Virus record (IMG/VR): IMGVR_UViG_3300046328_000321
Span: 49,369 to 113,368 of that record
Reading direction: 5' to 3' (one strand)
Source of the DNA: a virus
DNA length: 64,000 nucleotides
Shown here: one piece after another, positions 37,435 to 48,270 of the stretch
How positions within the stretch are numbered: position 1 is the stretch's first letter
Layout: every line of letters begins with the position of its first letter
The notes under the pieces: model-generated
What the model was told of the DNA's origin: nothing
Seen by the model: the letters and a program-made list of their open reading frames with translations, nothing else
Database searches by the model: none
Program-made: the position numbers and the translations under genes

Positions 37435-38891
37435 ATTTTATCGGTATGTCTAAACAATCTTTGCGTGTGGCTAAACTCACCATGCAGGAGACGGGTACTT
37501 ATAACCCAGTACATCAGCGTCCCTATATGACGCATGTTTCAGGGGACTTAATGCAGTCTATCGGTCAACGTCTAGAACAAGTTGGTAATAACACTATTTC
37601 TGGATCTGTGCTGGGTGGCATCGCAAGTTCGATCATGTCTCCATCTGCCACTCCTGGTAATGTGGTGCAAATCCCTTATGGTTGGGCTGAGCGTCGCATT
37701 CGTTTCATTCTTGAAGTCCATGCGACGAGCAATACAGGTATCACCACCATCTTTTATTTTCAAGGTTTCACAGACCATTTGGGTGTAAGTGTTAATGGAC
37801 ATGTAGATCCTAATATGAGTTTTGTACTTAACAGTTATATTCGAGTTAATCGAATTGAGCAGTTGGGACCTATGGGGTACACAGTGCGCGACACAGTGAC
37901 TCAATCGTCACAGGTGATCAACCCCGATCCATCGGAAGCCATGAAACAGACGTACAAAATGCGTCCGCAAGAAGTATTTACAGGCATTCAATCCGGATAC
38001 ATTGAGAATGCACACAGCTACACAGAACCAGGCGTTGGTTTTATTGATGGACGATTGCGTTTAGGTACAGAAGCTATTGGTAGTAATAGAGATAATAACT
38101 TACCAGCTTCATACGTAAGTAAAGTTTTTGAATCGCATCGGCAAGCGTGTGCACTTGCAGATTTTGGTCAAAATGACGCGGACATTTTGACACGAGGTAG
38201 TCAACTGGCTCTTGACACCATGATAGGTGAGAATCCGTTTGTTCGAGCCTTAGGTGCTGTTCGCGGTATGATGAATGCTACAACATTCACATATGGAGAT
38301 CTGATGAAGATTGACCCTAATACATCCGCTGTGACCAACATGATTCGTTTAGGATACACACATCAAACGGCGGTTCATCAGACTGGTCAAACTGAGTATT
38401 GGAATGGAGCTAATCGTGAAACTGTAGTGGCTACTATGTTGTCCAATGCGGTACCAGCCATCATGATGAGTTTGTTCATTTCAAAAGTGTCATTCATGAG
38501 TACTAACCACAGCTCTATGGGTCAAATCCATACGCAATTATTGGGTGGTTCTTCTGTAACTGCTGCTGACATGACCCACGCATTTCAGATTCTTCGAAAT
38601 CGCTTAGATAATGAAATCTTCATGGATATCTCTTACGGCGGTCAACAGTTGTACACCTTAGAAATGGAAGTAGATATTTTTGGTGAGACAAAAATTAATA
38701 TTGCCATCGACGGTGGTCCTTCGATTATCTATGTGACACCATCATTCTGCGATGGTTTGCTTGTACCTGTTTTGGCTCCTAATCGTCAGGTGTTCGATCA
38801 CAACGTACATAATTTCGAACAAATGTTTAAAGTTGTAGAACAAGTATCGACACCAATGCAAACTGGTAATACCATCAATAACACAATCTGA
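37425..38891 (+). CDS. Phage-nucleus import factor (gp69/Imp1/PicA-like)
   Basis: ETGTY....RPY, IP.GW.E.R.RF.L, PSFCD.L..PV motifs; synteny. Confidence 0.65.
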   Translation: MVMNFIGMSKQSLRVAKLTMQETGTYNPVHQRPYMTHVSGDLMQSIGQRLEQVGNNTISGSVLGGIASSIMSPSATPGNVVQIPYGWAERRIRFILEVHATSNTGITTIFYFQGFTDHLGVSVNGHVDPNMSFVLNSYIRVNRIEQLGPMGYTVRDTVTQSSQVINPDPSEAMKQTYKMRPQEVFTGIQSGYIENAHSYTEPGVGFIDGRLRLGTEAIGSNRDNNLPASYVSKVFESHRQACALADFGQNDADILTRGSQLALDTMIGENPFVRALGAVRGMMNATTFTYGDLMKIDPNTSAVTNMIRLGYTHQTAVHQTGQTEYWNGANRETVVATMLSNAVPAIMMSLFISKVSFMSTNHSSMGQIHTQLLGGSSVTAADMTHAFQILRNRLDNEIFMDISYGGQQLYTLEMEVDIFGETKINIAIDGGPSIIYVTPSFCDGLLVPVLAPNRQVFDHNVHNFEQMFKVVEQVSTPMQTGNTINNTI

Positions 38892-38901
38892 AAGTACCAC
38901 C

Positions 38902-40272
38902 ATGAAATTGCTATCAGTTTATCAAGCTATTCTAGAATACGCAACAATGTCTGCGGATATCAAAGGTTTTGTGCATAATAAATACGGCGCAGACTCGAAG
39001 GAACCTGTGTTGATTGAAGGTAAGCAACTTGTATTACCGTATAGTGAACAGCTTCGAAATTTTGATCCAGACGCTAAAATGATCTTTCACCCTATGGCAG
39101 AAAATATTTTCAAGGGTGAGTCTGAGGTCATCAAACATTTGAAAGAACGTATCATGACCAAAGCTAATATCAGCTTTGCCATGATCTTTCAATCACTGTT
39201 AAACATTCTGGCAAGTCCGGATCTGCATTCTCAGATGAATCCTCAGCAGGCTGAATTGTTCAATATGGGAATGGATGCAGATGTAAAGGCTTTAGCTAAT
39301 TTTACCCGCATCATGACACAAAGTTTGAAGACGAAACCAGATCGCGGATTCATCTCTTCATATCTTAATCGTGGTGCAAGTTATGAGGGTAAACGTTGTA
39401 CTCGTGTAAACGTGGTGTCGTTTCCTCTATATGAACAATTGACCAAGGAGAAACCATCTCCAAATGGTATTACAATTGACCATCTGCGTGTGAAGGATCG
39501 TGAATGTTTCATTAAGTTGTATGAATTTATCTTTCCTGATCTGGAAAAAATTGAAGTCTATAACTACGGTACTAATAATACCACAGCACCTTACTTAGAT
39601 GCTTTGTTATTGGGTTCGACTAAAATCACATCTCGATTGAATGATCTGGTAGAGCTCTATGGGGACTATATTGGAGATACTGAGAAAGTATTGTTTAGTA
39701 CAGACTGGTATGACGATGTAAAATCCATGGAGTCATTGAAATCTGATATTCTTCGTATACCTGTACAGTATGGCAGCGATGGTACTTTGGCACCTCAAAC
39801 AGTTGTAGAACAATCGCAAGATAATAAAACTCCTGTAGTAAATGTGTCTCAGATGTCCACAATGCCTGTTGCTCAATCTCAACGTCAAGCAGTTGCCCCT
39901 GTTGTAAAAGGTAAGATCAGTTTCCAAGATGCGGTGCAAAGTAACGGAGTGGCTCAACAAATGCAGTATCCACCACAGCACATGATGCCTGTCGGATATC
40001 CTCATCAGCAACCCATGGCTCCGGTGGGATATCCGCAACATCAACAACCTATGATGCAACCGCATCCTCAACAAATGCAACCTCAAATGTATCAGCAACC
40101 TATGCAACAACCTATGATGCAACCTATGATGCAACCGCAAATGTATCCTCAACAAATGCCTATGCAGCCTCAGATGTATCAGCAACCTATGCAACAACCG
40201 ATGATGCAACCGCAGACTAGTATGGGTAGTTGGCCAGCACCAGCTGCCGGATCACAAGTCTATTATAGATAA
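38902..40272 (+). CDS. gp70-like protein with Q/P/M-rich C-terminal tail
   Basis: K.LVLP, FHP..ENI..GESEV motifs; low-complexity tail. Confidence 0.65.
   Translation: MKLLSVYQAILEYATMSADIKGFVHNKYGADSKEPVLIEGKQLVLPYSEQLRNFDPDAKMIFHPMAENIFKGESEVIKHLKERIMTKANISFAMIFQSLLNILASPDLHSQMNPQQAELFNMGMDADVKALANFTRIMTQSLKTKPDRGFISSYLNRGASYEGKRCTRVNVVSFPLYEQLTKEKPSPNGITIDHLRVKDRECFIKLYEFIFPDLEKIEVYNYGTNNTTAPYLDALLLGSTKITSRLNDLVELYGDYIGDTEKVLFSTDWYDDVKSMESLKSDILRIPVQYGSDGTLAPQTVVEQSQDNKTPVVNVSQMSTMPVAQSQRQAVAPVVKGKISFQDAVQSNGVAQQMQYPPQHMMPVGYPHQQPMAPVGYPQHQQPMMQPHPQQMQPQMYQQPMQQPMMQPMMQPQMYPQQMPMQPQMYQQPMQQPMMQPQTSMGSWPAPAAGSQVYYR
39955..40215 (+). repeat. Imperfect coding tandem repeats (QPMM / QPQMY)
   Basis: Repeated CAACCTATGATG and CAAATGTATC units. 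Confidence 0.8.
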
Positions 40273-40334
40273 CCTAATAGGTTAAATAACCCAGAGCCCC
40301 ACAAGGAGCTCTGGGTATATTTAAAACATATAGG

Positions 40335-40658
40335 TTATTTTTTTGTACGGTAAATGTCTTTAATGGATTCTATCTCTGTGAAGTCTGGCAGTATTATGGC
40401 TGTCATGGTGGATCTATAGTTATCACTACTTTCCAAACCATTGACTCTCATAACTGTATAATGATATTGTTTGTCAATACCCAGTTCATCTAAAAGACCG
40501 TAGAAGTCACCTCTGTACTTATCCAACAAATGTGTATCTATGACTTTAAACTGTGTGTTTGTATTTCTCAAATAAGTTAAATGAGATTCTACTGTGTTGA
40601 TGAAACCTTCTTCAAAATAAAAAGTTTCAATATTAGGAAGTTGTTTAAGGATGTTCAT
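40335..40658 (-). CDS. Conserved small LysM-like phage protein
   Basis: KY.GDFYGLL..LGI...YH...MRVNG motif. Confidence 0.5.
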   Translation of the reverse strand: MNILKQLPNIETFYFEEGFINTVESHLTYLRNTNTQFKVIDTHLLDKYRGDFYGLLDELGIDKQYHYTVMRVNGLESSDNYRSTMTAIILPDFTEIESIKDIYRTKK

Positions 40659-40738
40659 GATAGATTTTATTCCTGTATCTATAACATCTAGGTTACATAT
40701 ACTTTACTTGACTTATATCCCTTCAATAAAATTGTATC

Positions 40739-41242
40739 ATGAACATCTTTGTTCTGGATTTAGATCCTAAGACATCAGCAAGATATTTGTGTAATGAACA
40801 TTGCTGTAAGATGGTTGTGGAATCCGCTCAAATGTTATCTACAGCACACAGACTTAAGTCAGATGACACAGACGGACTTTACAAATTAGCTCACATCAAT
40901 CATCCATCTACTATTTGGACCAGAGAATCGGTAGAAAATTACTTGTGGCATTATGAATACTTTTGCTATATGGCAGAAGAGTATGAGGAACGTTATGGTA
41001 AGATTCATTTAACATACATGATGTTAAAGAACAGACTTCAGTTACCTCCAGAGAAAATAACGGAAACTAAAAGGACTCCGTTTACTTTGTGTATGCCGGA
41101 AATTTATAAACAGGACGATCCCGTTCAAGCTTATAGAGCTTTTTATATAGGTGAAAAACTTAAGTTTGCTCACTGGTCTTTACCATCAACAATACCATCA
41201 TGGATCATCAAACACGTAAGGAACAATCATGCAGAACAATGA
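40739..41242 (+). CDS. Pyrimidine-dimer DNA glycosylase (DenV-like)
   Basis: MNIF.LD.DP, H..KM..E.AQMLST, H.NHP...W.RES, AYR.FY motifs. Confidence 0.8.
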   Translation: MNIFVLDLDPKTSARYLCNEHCCKMVVESAQMLSTAHRLKSDDTDGLYKLAHINHPSTIWTRESVENYLWHYEYFCYMAEEYEERYGKIHLTYMMLKNRLQLPPEKITETKRTPFTLCMPEIYKQDDPVQAYRAFYIGEKLKFAHWSLPSTIPSWIIKHVRNNHAEQ

Positions 41243-43711
41243 ACTGAAACTTCAATATGTGGGTATACAAGGACTTAATTCTTACTGTATGCATAATTCA
41301 TCATCACGAGCTGTGATGTTTTCTTCTCACATTGGACAACGTCTGGTAATTGAAGGAGCTCAACAGAAACTTGTACAAACTGGGCTTGAACAAGAATTTG
41401 GTAAATATACGTTCAATGTCAAGATGCCTGAGAATGGTCGTATTGTTGCTATCTTAGACAGGTATCCTCGTGGTGTAGGTAGTAAATCTCTTAATTTCAA
41501 TCCAGAGACCTATGTCTTCTTTGAACGTGAAGACAACAAGCAAGTAGATTATATTCTCATCCCGTACAAAGCTCAGTTCCATCAGAATTTTGGTTTTAAG
41601 TACAAGATGAATAAGAAAAATATCGGAAAGCTTCAGCCAGGTGCTTATATTGCAAAAGATACTATTTTTGCAGACAGTCCTGCTGTTTCTGACAATGGTA
41701 ATTTCATGTTTGGTATCAATGCCAACATTGCCCTGATGTCCATTCCCTCAGTGGCTGAAGATGGCATTATGATCTCCAGAGACTTTCTACCTAAGTTAAA
41801 GTTCAAGATTTATGATACTCGACAAGTCAACTTTGGATCTAAACAATTTCCATTGAACCTTTATGGTACTTTGGATGAAGTAAAACCATTTCCTGAGATC
41901 GGAGATAAGATTCGAGAAGATGGTATTTTGATGGCTTTTAGAGACTTTAACACAGCTCTGTCTCCTGTTGAAATGTCTAAGATGGATTTAATGGAAGTAG
42001 ATCACACTTTTGATGAATGTGTATATGTACGAGGTGGTGTGGGTACTGTGGTTGACATTAAGATTACCAGAAACAACTCACCTATTAAGAACATGCCTGT
42101 GGAAATGTCATGTTATCTGAACCGTTACTGGGAAGCCAATCAAGCTTTTTATAAGAAAGTTATTGATTTAGAAGCCGGTCTGCGTAAAGATAACCGAATG
42201 AAATTTGGAACCACTGATATTTTAACAACATCAAAGTTTGATAAATTAGTTTATGAGGCTATGGTGCATACTAACCATAACTTCAATCAGTTTAAACAAC
42301 CTCTTCAACTCCAATCACGTAAGTCTACTGTAGACGAATACCAGATACAATTTACTATTGAATACACCATTGAACCCTGTGAAGGATTCAAATTGACTGA
42401 TAATCACGGTTTTTACTAGCCGCTTTTGACAGAGATGTCAATCGATCATTTTCCTAATTGCGGGGAACCACCTAAAGCTTCATTGACCAACTTAGTTACG
42501 AAAGTAAGTTAAGGGCTACGCTAACTACGTAGGTATGGTAAAACTAATGAAGATATATGGGCAATCCGCACCGAAGCTCCTAACTAAGTATATTAACATA
42601 TACTTACATGGAGTGTGGCCAACGACTATCCCGTAAGGGAGTAGGCTCATGAGAGTCGAAATGGAAAGCGTCCTACTGTTGAACAGAGGATGAAGATATA
42701 GTCTGTTCCTACATGAAAGTGTGGGTGGGTGTCACAGCACACCGGGTGAAGAATCGAAAGACGGCTTCACTGGACAAAAAGGGAAAAGGTGTTATTTGTA
42801 AAGTAGAAGAACCTGAGAACATGCCTGTCGATGAAAATGGCAACCGTGCCGACATCGTCATGGATGCAGCTTCTACTATCTCACGTATGAACTTAGGCAG
42901 GCTTTACGAGCAACACATGGCATCTGCCTTGCGCGACGTTACTCAAAATGTTCGCATGTTGTTTGGATTTGAACGATTGAAACCAACATCCATTAAAGCT
43001 GAGAATTTGCTAGACAGTTTTCCAATTCAAAAGATCGAAGAAGCTCATCAGTACGTGTTAGGTTTCTATAACCTTATTTCAGAAAAGCAATATAACTTTT
43101 ATTCTAAACTGACAGATCCTAAGCAAATTGCCGAGCATATCTGTGATATCATATCCGATCACGTTTATGCATATATTCCTATTGATAAACAGATCAGTAG
43201 TAAAGATATCGTGAAACGCATCGAGAATTCCATATACAAACCCGTTTATGGAAAAATTACCTATCGAGGTAATTCTGGTGAGGTCGTGCTTACTGAACGA
43301 AATGTGCGCATTGCTCCTTTATACATGATGTTATTGGAAAAAATCGCTGATGATTGGACAGCTGTAGCCACTGGTAATCTTCAGCTACATGGTTTACTGG
43401 CTCAGGTCAACAGACGTGAAAAGCATTCAAGACCTCATAGGAACACTCCTGTTCGCACCATCGGTGAAACAGAGGGACGTTTATTTGTAGGTTATTGTGG
43501 AAGAGAAGCGGTCGCTGAGATGTTGGATCGTTCAGGTAATCCTCTTGTACAAAGACACATGACTAGGAACATTCTTGAAGCCAATCGTCCAACAAATATC
43601 AATGAGATTGTAGATCGTAACTTGGTTAACTACGGTAATACCAAGTCTGTACAGATCATCAACCATATGTTTACTTGTATGGGTTTTAAAACCAAATACG
43701 TTCCAGAATGA
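41229..43711 (+). CDS. nvRNAP beta subunit (phiKZ gp71-73-like), spliced, ~703 aa; exons 41229-42410 and 42782-43711
   Basis: SSSRAVM, EDG; splicing restores KLTDNHG-GKGVIC; SRMNLG and GETE motifs. Confidence 0.92.
42411..42781 (+). ncRNA. Group I intron of nvRNAP beta (371 nt, ORF-less)
   Basis: P1 CGGT/GCCG with U.G; AATTGCGGGGAA, AATCCGCACC, CAACGACTA, AAGATATAGTCT; terminal G. Confidence 0.92.
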
Positions 43712-43718
43712 GAACATC

Positions 43719-45725
43719 ATGATAAATGCAAGAGAAATTTGTAATAAACCAGTAGAAGAGTTGGTCCATCTTCCTATCAAATTCAATCTGGTTTTTGAAG
43801 ATGGGTCAACTGTAGCAAGTAGTCGTAATAAGACTATTTATAATTGGTATTTCTGGCAGATCCATCGATCTTATCCAGGATTACCTTTGACATCTCGTCA
43901 CTGTGTGGAGAGTATACTTAAAGGGCAACCTTTGAGTTCGGATACACATATAGAATTACTTAGTAAAATAGCCGAGGACACTGTCTGGCATTTCAAACTG
44001 AGTAATCCTGCCGATCGTGAAGTCCTTAACAAACTGATTTATCAAATTACCAACAACATCCATGATAAGGTAACATGTACAGCTGAGGCTTCTGTATCAT
44101 CCATTGACATTCTTGATTTCATTGAGGTAGTAGATCACCCAATGGTCAAACAAATCAATGATTCCACACAACCTCATAATGATTCAATTGTTGACAGCTA
44201 TAATAAAATTTTAACTATTATTAAAAATAATGATGAACTGGCTAATAACAATTTGGCTAGAGCTGTACGATCAAAGATGGTAAATGCCAACCAGGTGACA
44301 CAATGTGTTGCTGTGCGTGGATTCATGACTGAAGTAGATGGTAAGATTCTTCCTACTCCTATTATGAGTAATTTCACAGAAGGTTTTACTCGATTACACG
44401 ATTATGTCGCTGAGTCAAGATCAGCTGCTAAGAGCCATTATTTCTCTGAGTCCCCTCTGGAAGATGCTGAGTATTTTGCTCGACGGCTTCAACTATTGTG
44501 TATGACTGTAGAACGACTGACTTATACAGACTGCGGAAGTAACGAGTACATGGAGTGGTTGGTTCTTCCTCCTACTAAAGATGAAAACGGAGCAACTGTT
44601 TATCAGGGTGATTTAGCTTATATGGCTGGTAAATATTACCTAGACGAAACATCAGGATCTTTAAAAATGATTCGTGGGGATGATCCGTCACTTCATGGTA
44701 AAATTCTAAAAATTCGGTCTGTATTAGGTTGTAGGGAATCTGATAAACATGCAGTTTGTGCCGTGTGTTTTGGTGGTTTATCCTTTAATTTGTCAGCATA
44801 CACAAACTTAGGTCATATTTGTGCAGCTACGATGACTCAACAGACTTCTCAATCTGTGTTGTCAAACAAACATTATCAGGCAAGTTCGGTTTCTCCAACG
44901 ATCAATTTATCTGAAAACACAGGTAGATTTTTCACACTTACCAAGGAGAAAACAGGTTACATTATGGATGGTAAGTATAGAAAATTGAAACCAACAATTA
45001 CGATCAGCCGCGAGTCACTTCCAGGACTTGTAGATTTACACATTGCTCAAGATGTAACAAAGATTAATCCTACACGGGTATCTGCCATCACAACCATTGA
45101 TATTTGCATCACGGATACTAAAGGTAAGCAATTGGTAGATACAGTTGATTTGTCACAAGGTAATCGTGGGGCTAATTTATCACAAGAGTTCTTGTACTAT
45201 CTCAAGGACAATGGATGGCAGACTGATGCAAGAGCTAATTTTGTGTTAGATTTGGCTAAGTGGAACTTTAGTCTTCCATTGTTTAAGATGCCTGACATCG
45301 AATATTCGTTCTCAGATCACTCTAAACAAGTGGCGGAGATCATCGAATCTAAATTGGAGAACTTAAACGATCGTCAAACTCCAGAGTCAGCGGTTTATAC
45401 ACTGCAACAGCTATTCATGTTGGTCAATGCTAAGCTCAATGTAAATATAGCGTGTTTGGAAGTAATCATCTACGCAAGTATGGTGAGTAAAGCAGGTACT
45501 TATGGTTTGTCTCGTGGATCTGCTGAGGCTGTGATGTCAATCGCTGCTCGCGTTATGAAGAACCGCAGTCTATCTGTGGCATTTGCCTATCAAGGCCAAC
45601 AAGATGTCATTCTAAATCCGTCAAGCTATTACAAGCTGGACAGACCAGATAGTCCGTTTGATGTGTTCGTAATGCCTCATGAGGTACTCGAAGCAGAGAA
45701 ACAGCGTAGAATGATGTCAGTCTGA
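43719..45725 (+). CDS. nvRNAP beta' C-terminal subunit (phiKZ gp74-like)
   Basis: ESRSAAK, EYFARRLQL, DCGS, RS...C...VC..C.G, Q..LS.KH motifs. Confidence 0.88.
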   Translation: MINAREICNKPVEELVHLPIKFNLVFEDGSTVASSRNKTIYNWYFWQIHRSYPGLPLTSRHCVESILKGQPLSSDTHIELLSKIAEDTVWHFKLSNPADREVLNKLIYQITNNIHDKVTCTAEASVSSIDILDFIEVVDHPMVKQINDSTQPHNDSIVDSYNKILTIIKNNDELANNNLARAVRSKMVNANQVTQCVAVRGFMTEVDGKILPTPIMSNFTEGFTRLHDYVAESRSAAKSHYFSESPLEDAEYFARRLQLLCMTVERLTYTDCGSNEYMEWLVLPPTKDENGATVYQGDLAYMAGKYYLDETSGSLKMIRGDDPSLHGKILKIRSVLGCRESDKHAVCAVCFGGLSFNLSAYTNLGHICAATMTQQTSQSVLSNKHYQASSVSPTINLSENTGRFFTLTKEKTGYIMDGKYRKLKPTITISRESLPGLVDLHIAQDVTKINPTRVSAITTIDICITDTKGKQLVDTVDLSQGNRGANLSQEFLYYLKDNGWQTDARANFVLDLAKWNFSLPLFKMPDIEYSFSDHSKQVAEIIESKLENLNDRQTPESAVYTLQQLFMLVNAKLNVNIACLEVIIYASMVSKAGTYGLSRGSAEAVMSIAARVMKNRSLSVAFAYQGQQDVILNPSSYYKLDRPDSPFDVFVMPHEVLEAEKQRRMMSV

Positions 45726-45770
45726 GGACATAGAAAAAGTCTACATATGTAGACTTTTTCTTTTACCATC

Positions 45771-47318
45771 ATGGAAATAAATGTAGATAAACACTTTCAC
45801 CTGGTTAAATACACACATTCATTTAGTGTCTCTTTACCATCACCCAGAACTGTAGCCATGTTGCTTAAGTTCTGTATTAAATTTGTTCAAGTTAATTATG
45901 TTAACGTAGGTAATCGACAAAATGTGATTCAAAAAACCTACGCATGGAAAAATAAGTCCAGTACAGAGTTTCGATTTCACATAGCTCAATATGCAGATTT
46001 CCAAAAGATTTTAGCATATGATCATTTTGACGACAGTATGTACACCATTGCAGAAGCTGAACCCTATGAAGCTGTAAAGTGTGACATTAAGTTAAACCCA
46101 GGTTGGGAATTGAGAGACTATCAAAAAGAAGTAGTCGATTTCTGTTCCAATAAGTATGAAGGTGATTTTAACAGTAGATTGGTGTCTTTACCAACAGGTA
46201 CAGGTAAAGGTATAAGTTCATTAGCGACAGCCGCTAATTTAGGTGAACGAGTTTTTGTTCTCGTATTACCTAAGTATATTGAGAAATGGGCAGAAGAGAT
46301 CACTTCAGTTTTAAATGTCAAACCTAAAGAAGTGATGACGGTACAAGGTGGGGATCAGCTAAAAGGATTAATTTCTTTGGCTTCAGATGGACAGCTCACT
46401 AGTAAATTCGTCATTTGTAGTTTGACCACATTCATGTACTATATAGATGCTTATTCACAATCTGTAGATGAGTTTGCTGCAAGTGGTTATGAATGTAAAC
46501 CTTGTGATTTTGCCAAAATCATTAAAGCCGGTACGATGATCGTGGATGAGGGACATCAACATTTCCATGCCGTATTCAAAGCCCTTACTCACATGCACAT
46601 CAATAATCTGGTGTTTCTGACGGCCACTTTGGTGTCAGAAGATGCATTTATGAAAAGGATGTATCAGCTTATATTCCCCAAACAGATTCGTTTCGACAAA
46701 ATCGAAATGAAAAAATATATTAAGCTATATCCGATCAGTTATGAGATGTCTGATTTTGCTAATTCTAAGATACGCACGTCACCTTATGGGAGTAACAACT
46801 ACAATCATATCGAATTTGAGAAAAGCTTGTGTAAAAATCGACGCAAAAAAGATAATTATTACACCATGCTAAATCGGTTAGTTAAAGAAATGTATATAAC
46901 CGATAAAAAAGAAAACGATAAACTGGTTGTGTTCTGTGGAAGTATTGATATGTGTACGGAGTATAGTAACATACTCAAAGAAGAGTATCCTAATTTAGAT
47001 GTAAGAAGATATGTGGAAGACGACCCTTATGAAAACATCATAGAGGCAGATATACGTGTAACTACTATCCAGTCAGGTGGGACGGCTATTGATATTCCCA
47101 ATTTAAGGGTAGCGATCATGACTGTTTCTGTAGATAGCCCTGTATCTAATTTACAAGCGTTAGGAAGACTTCGAGAATTAAAAGATCGAGATGTTAGATT
47201 TTATTATCTATATTGCGTTCAAATACCAAAACAAGTCCAATACCACAGAAATAGAAAAACATTATTTGAATCTAAAGTAGCTTCTATTAATGAATTACAT
47301 TATCCTAGTTTGATTTAA
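45771..47318 (+). CDS. Superfamily 2 helicase (gp75-like)
   Basis: LRDYQ, PTGTGK, DEGH, TAT, QALGRLR. Confidence 0.88.
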   Translation: MEINVDKHFHLVKYTHSFSVSLPSPRTVAMLLKFCIKFVQVNYVNVGNRQNVIQKTYAWKNKSSTEFRFHIAQYADFQKILAYDHFDDSMYTIAEAEPYEAVKCDIKLNPGWELRDYQKEVVDFCSNKYEGDFNSRLVSLPTGTGKGISSLATAANLGERVFVLVLPKYIEKWAEEITSVLNVKPKEVMTVQGGDQLKGLISLASDGQLTSKFVICSLTTFMYYIDAYSQSVDEFAASGYECKPCDFAKIIKAGTMIVDEGHQHFHAVFKALTHMHINNLVFLTATLVSEDAFMKRMYQLIFPKQIRFDKIEMKKYIKLYPISYEMSDFANSKIRTSPYGSNNYNHIEFEKSLCKNRRKKDNYYTMLNRLVKEMYITDKKENDKLVVFCGSIDMCTEYSNILKEEYPNLDVRRYVEDDPYENIIEADIRVTTIQSGGTAIDIPNLRVAIMTVSVDSPVSNLQALGRLRELKDRDVRFYYLYCVQIPKQVQYHRNRKTLFESKVASINELHYPSLI

Positions 47319-47395
47319 AATATACAGATGTAAATTTATCATAGAGTAAGTTTTACCAGACTCATTATAATTTAAACAACTAAAGGACATAAGAA

Positions 47396-47677
47396 ATGCA
47401 AATCATTAGAAATAAGAATGGTGTATTCTATATTAATGATAAAAACCAATTTCATCGTATCGATGGTCCTGCTGTTGAAACATTAGGTGGTGATAAGCGT
47501 TGGTATCAGAACGGTAAACTTCATCGTATCGATGGACCTGCTGTGACATGGATAAATGGTTATAAAGCCTGGTATCTGCATGGTCAGCGACATCGTGAAG
47601 ATGGACCTGCTGTCGAATATCCAGATGGTAGTAAAGAATACTGGCTCCATGGTGTTAAACAAGATCCACCTGTTTAA
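47396..47677 (+). CDS. HRxDGPA-repeat protein, three repeats
   Basis: 22-aa repeats, shared C-terminus GVKQDPPV. Confidence 0.8.
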   Translation: MQIIRNKNGVFYINDKNQFHRIDGPAVETLGGDKRWYQNGKLHRIDGPAVTWINGYKAWYLHGQRHREDGPAVEYPDGSKEYWLHGVKQDPPV

Positions 47678-47816
47678 CTGTATAAATATATACACAGCCT
47701 GATAAGCTGTGTATATTTTTTAGCTCTTCTAGACTATTTCAGTTACACATACTTTAACTGAGCTATTATAGTTTAAACTGATCTATCTGTCAGTACTATC
47801 AGCTAAGGAGATAAAG

Positions 47817-48236
47817 ATGACTGTAGTTACTAATAAAGAAGGTATCTTTCATTATAATGAGAAAGGTGAACTCCATCGTACAGATGGTCCTGCTGCGGAA
47901 TATGTAAATGGTGATAAACTATGGTTTGTTAATGGTCAACTCCATCGTGAAGATGGACCTGCTGCAGAAGGTGCAGATGGTGATAAAGCCTGGTGGGTCA
48001 ATGATCAACTCCATCGTGAAGATGGACCTGCTATCGAATATGTAAATGGTGATAAGCGTTGGTATCTACATGGTCAACTCCATCGTACCGATGGTCCTGC
48101 TGTTAAAACATTAGATGGTTTTAAAGCCTGGTATCTGAACGGTAAGTATCATCGTATCGATGGTCCTGCTGTCGAATATCCAGATGGTACTAAAGAATAC
48201 TGGGTTAACGGTGTTAAACAAAACCCATCTGTTTAA
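47817..48236 (+). CDS. HRxDGPA-repeat protein, five repeats
   Basis: 22-aa repeats; cassette promoter and leader. Confidence 0.85.
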   Translation: MTVVTNKEGIFHYNEKGELHRTDGPAAEYVNGDKLWFVNGQLHREDGPAAEGADGDKAWWVNDQLHREDGPAIEYVNGDKRWYLHGQLHRTDGPAVKTLDGFKAWYLNGKYHRIDGPAVEYPDGTKEYWVNGVKQNPSV

Positions 48237-48270
48237 CTGATGTATCTGTCAGTACTGTTAATTAAAGGAG

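Noticed and set aside
39733-40209. His/Leu/Arg-rich minus-strand ORF
   Set aside because: Antisense shadow of the Q/P/M repeats.
42713-42781. N-terminus of track ORF 42713..43711 as a real start
   Set aside because: It lies in the intron 3' region; splicing restores the conserved HG-GKG motif.
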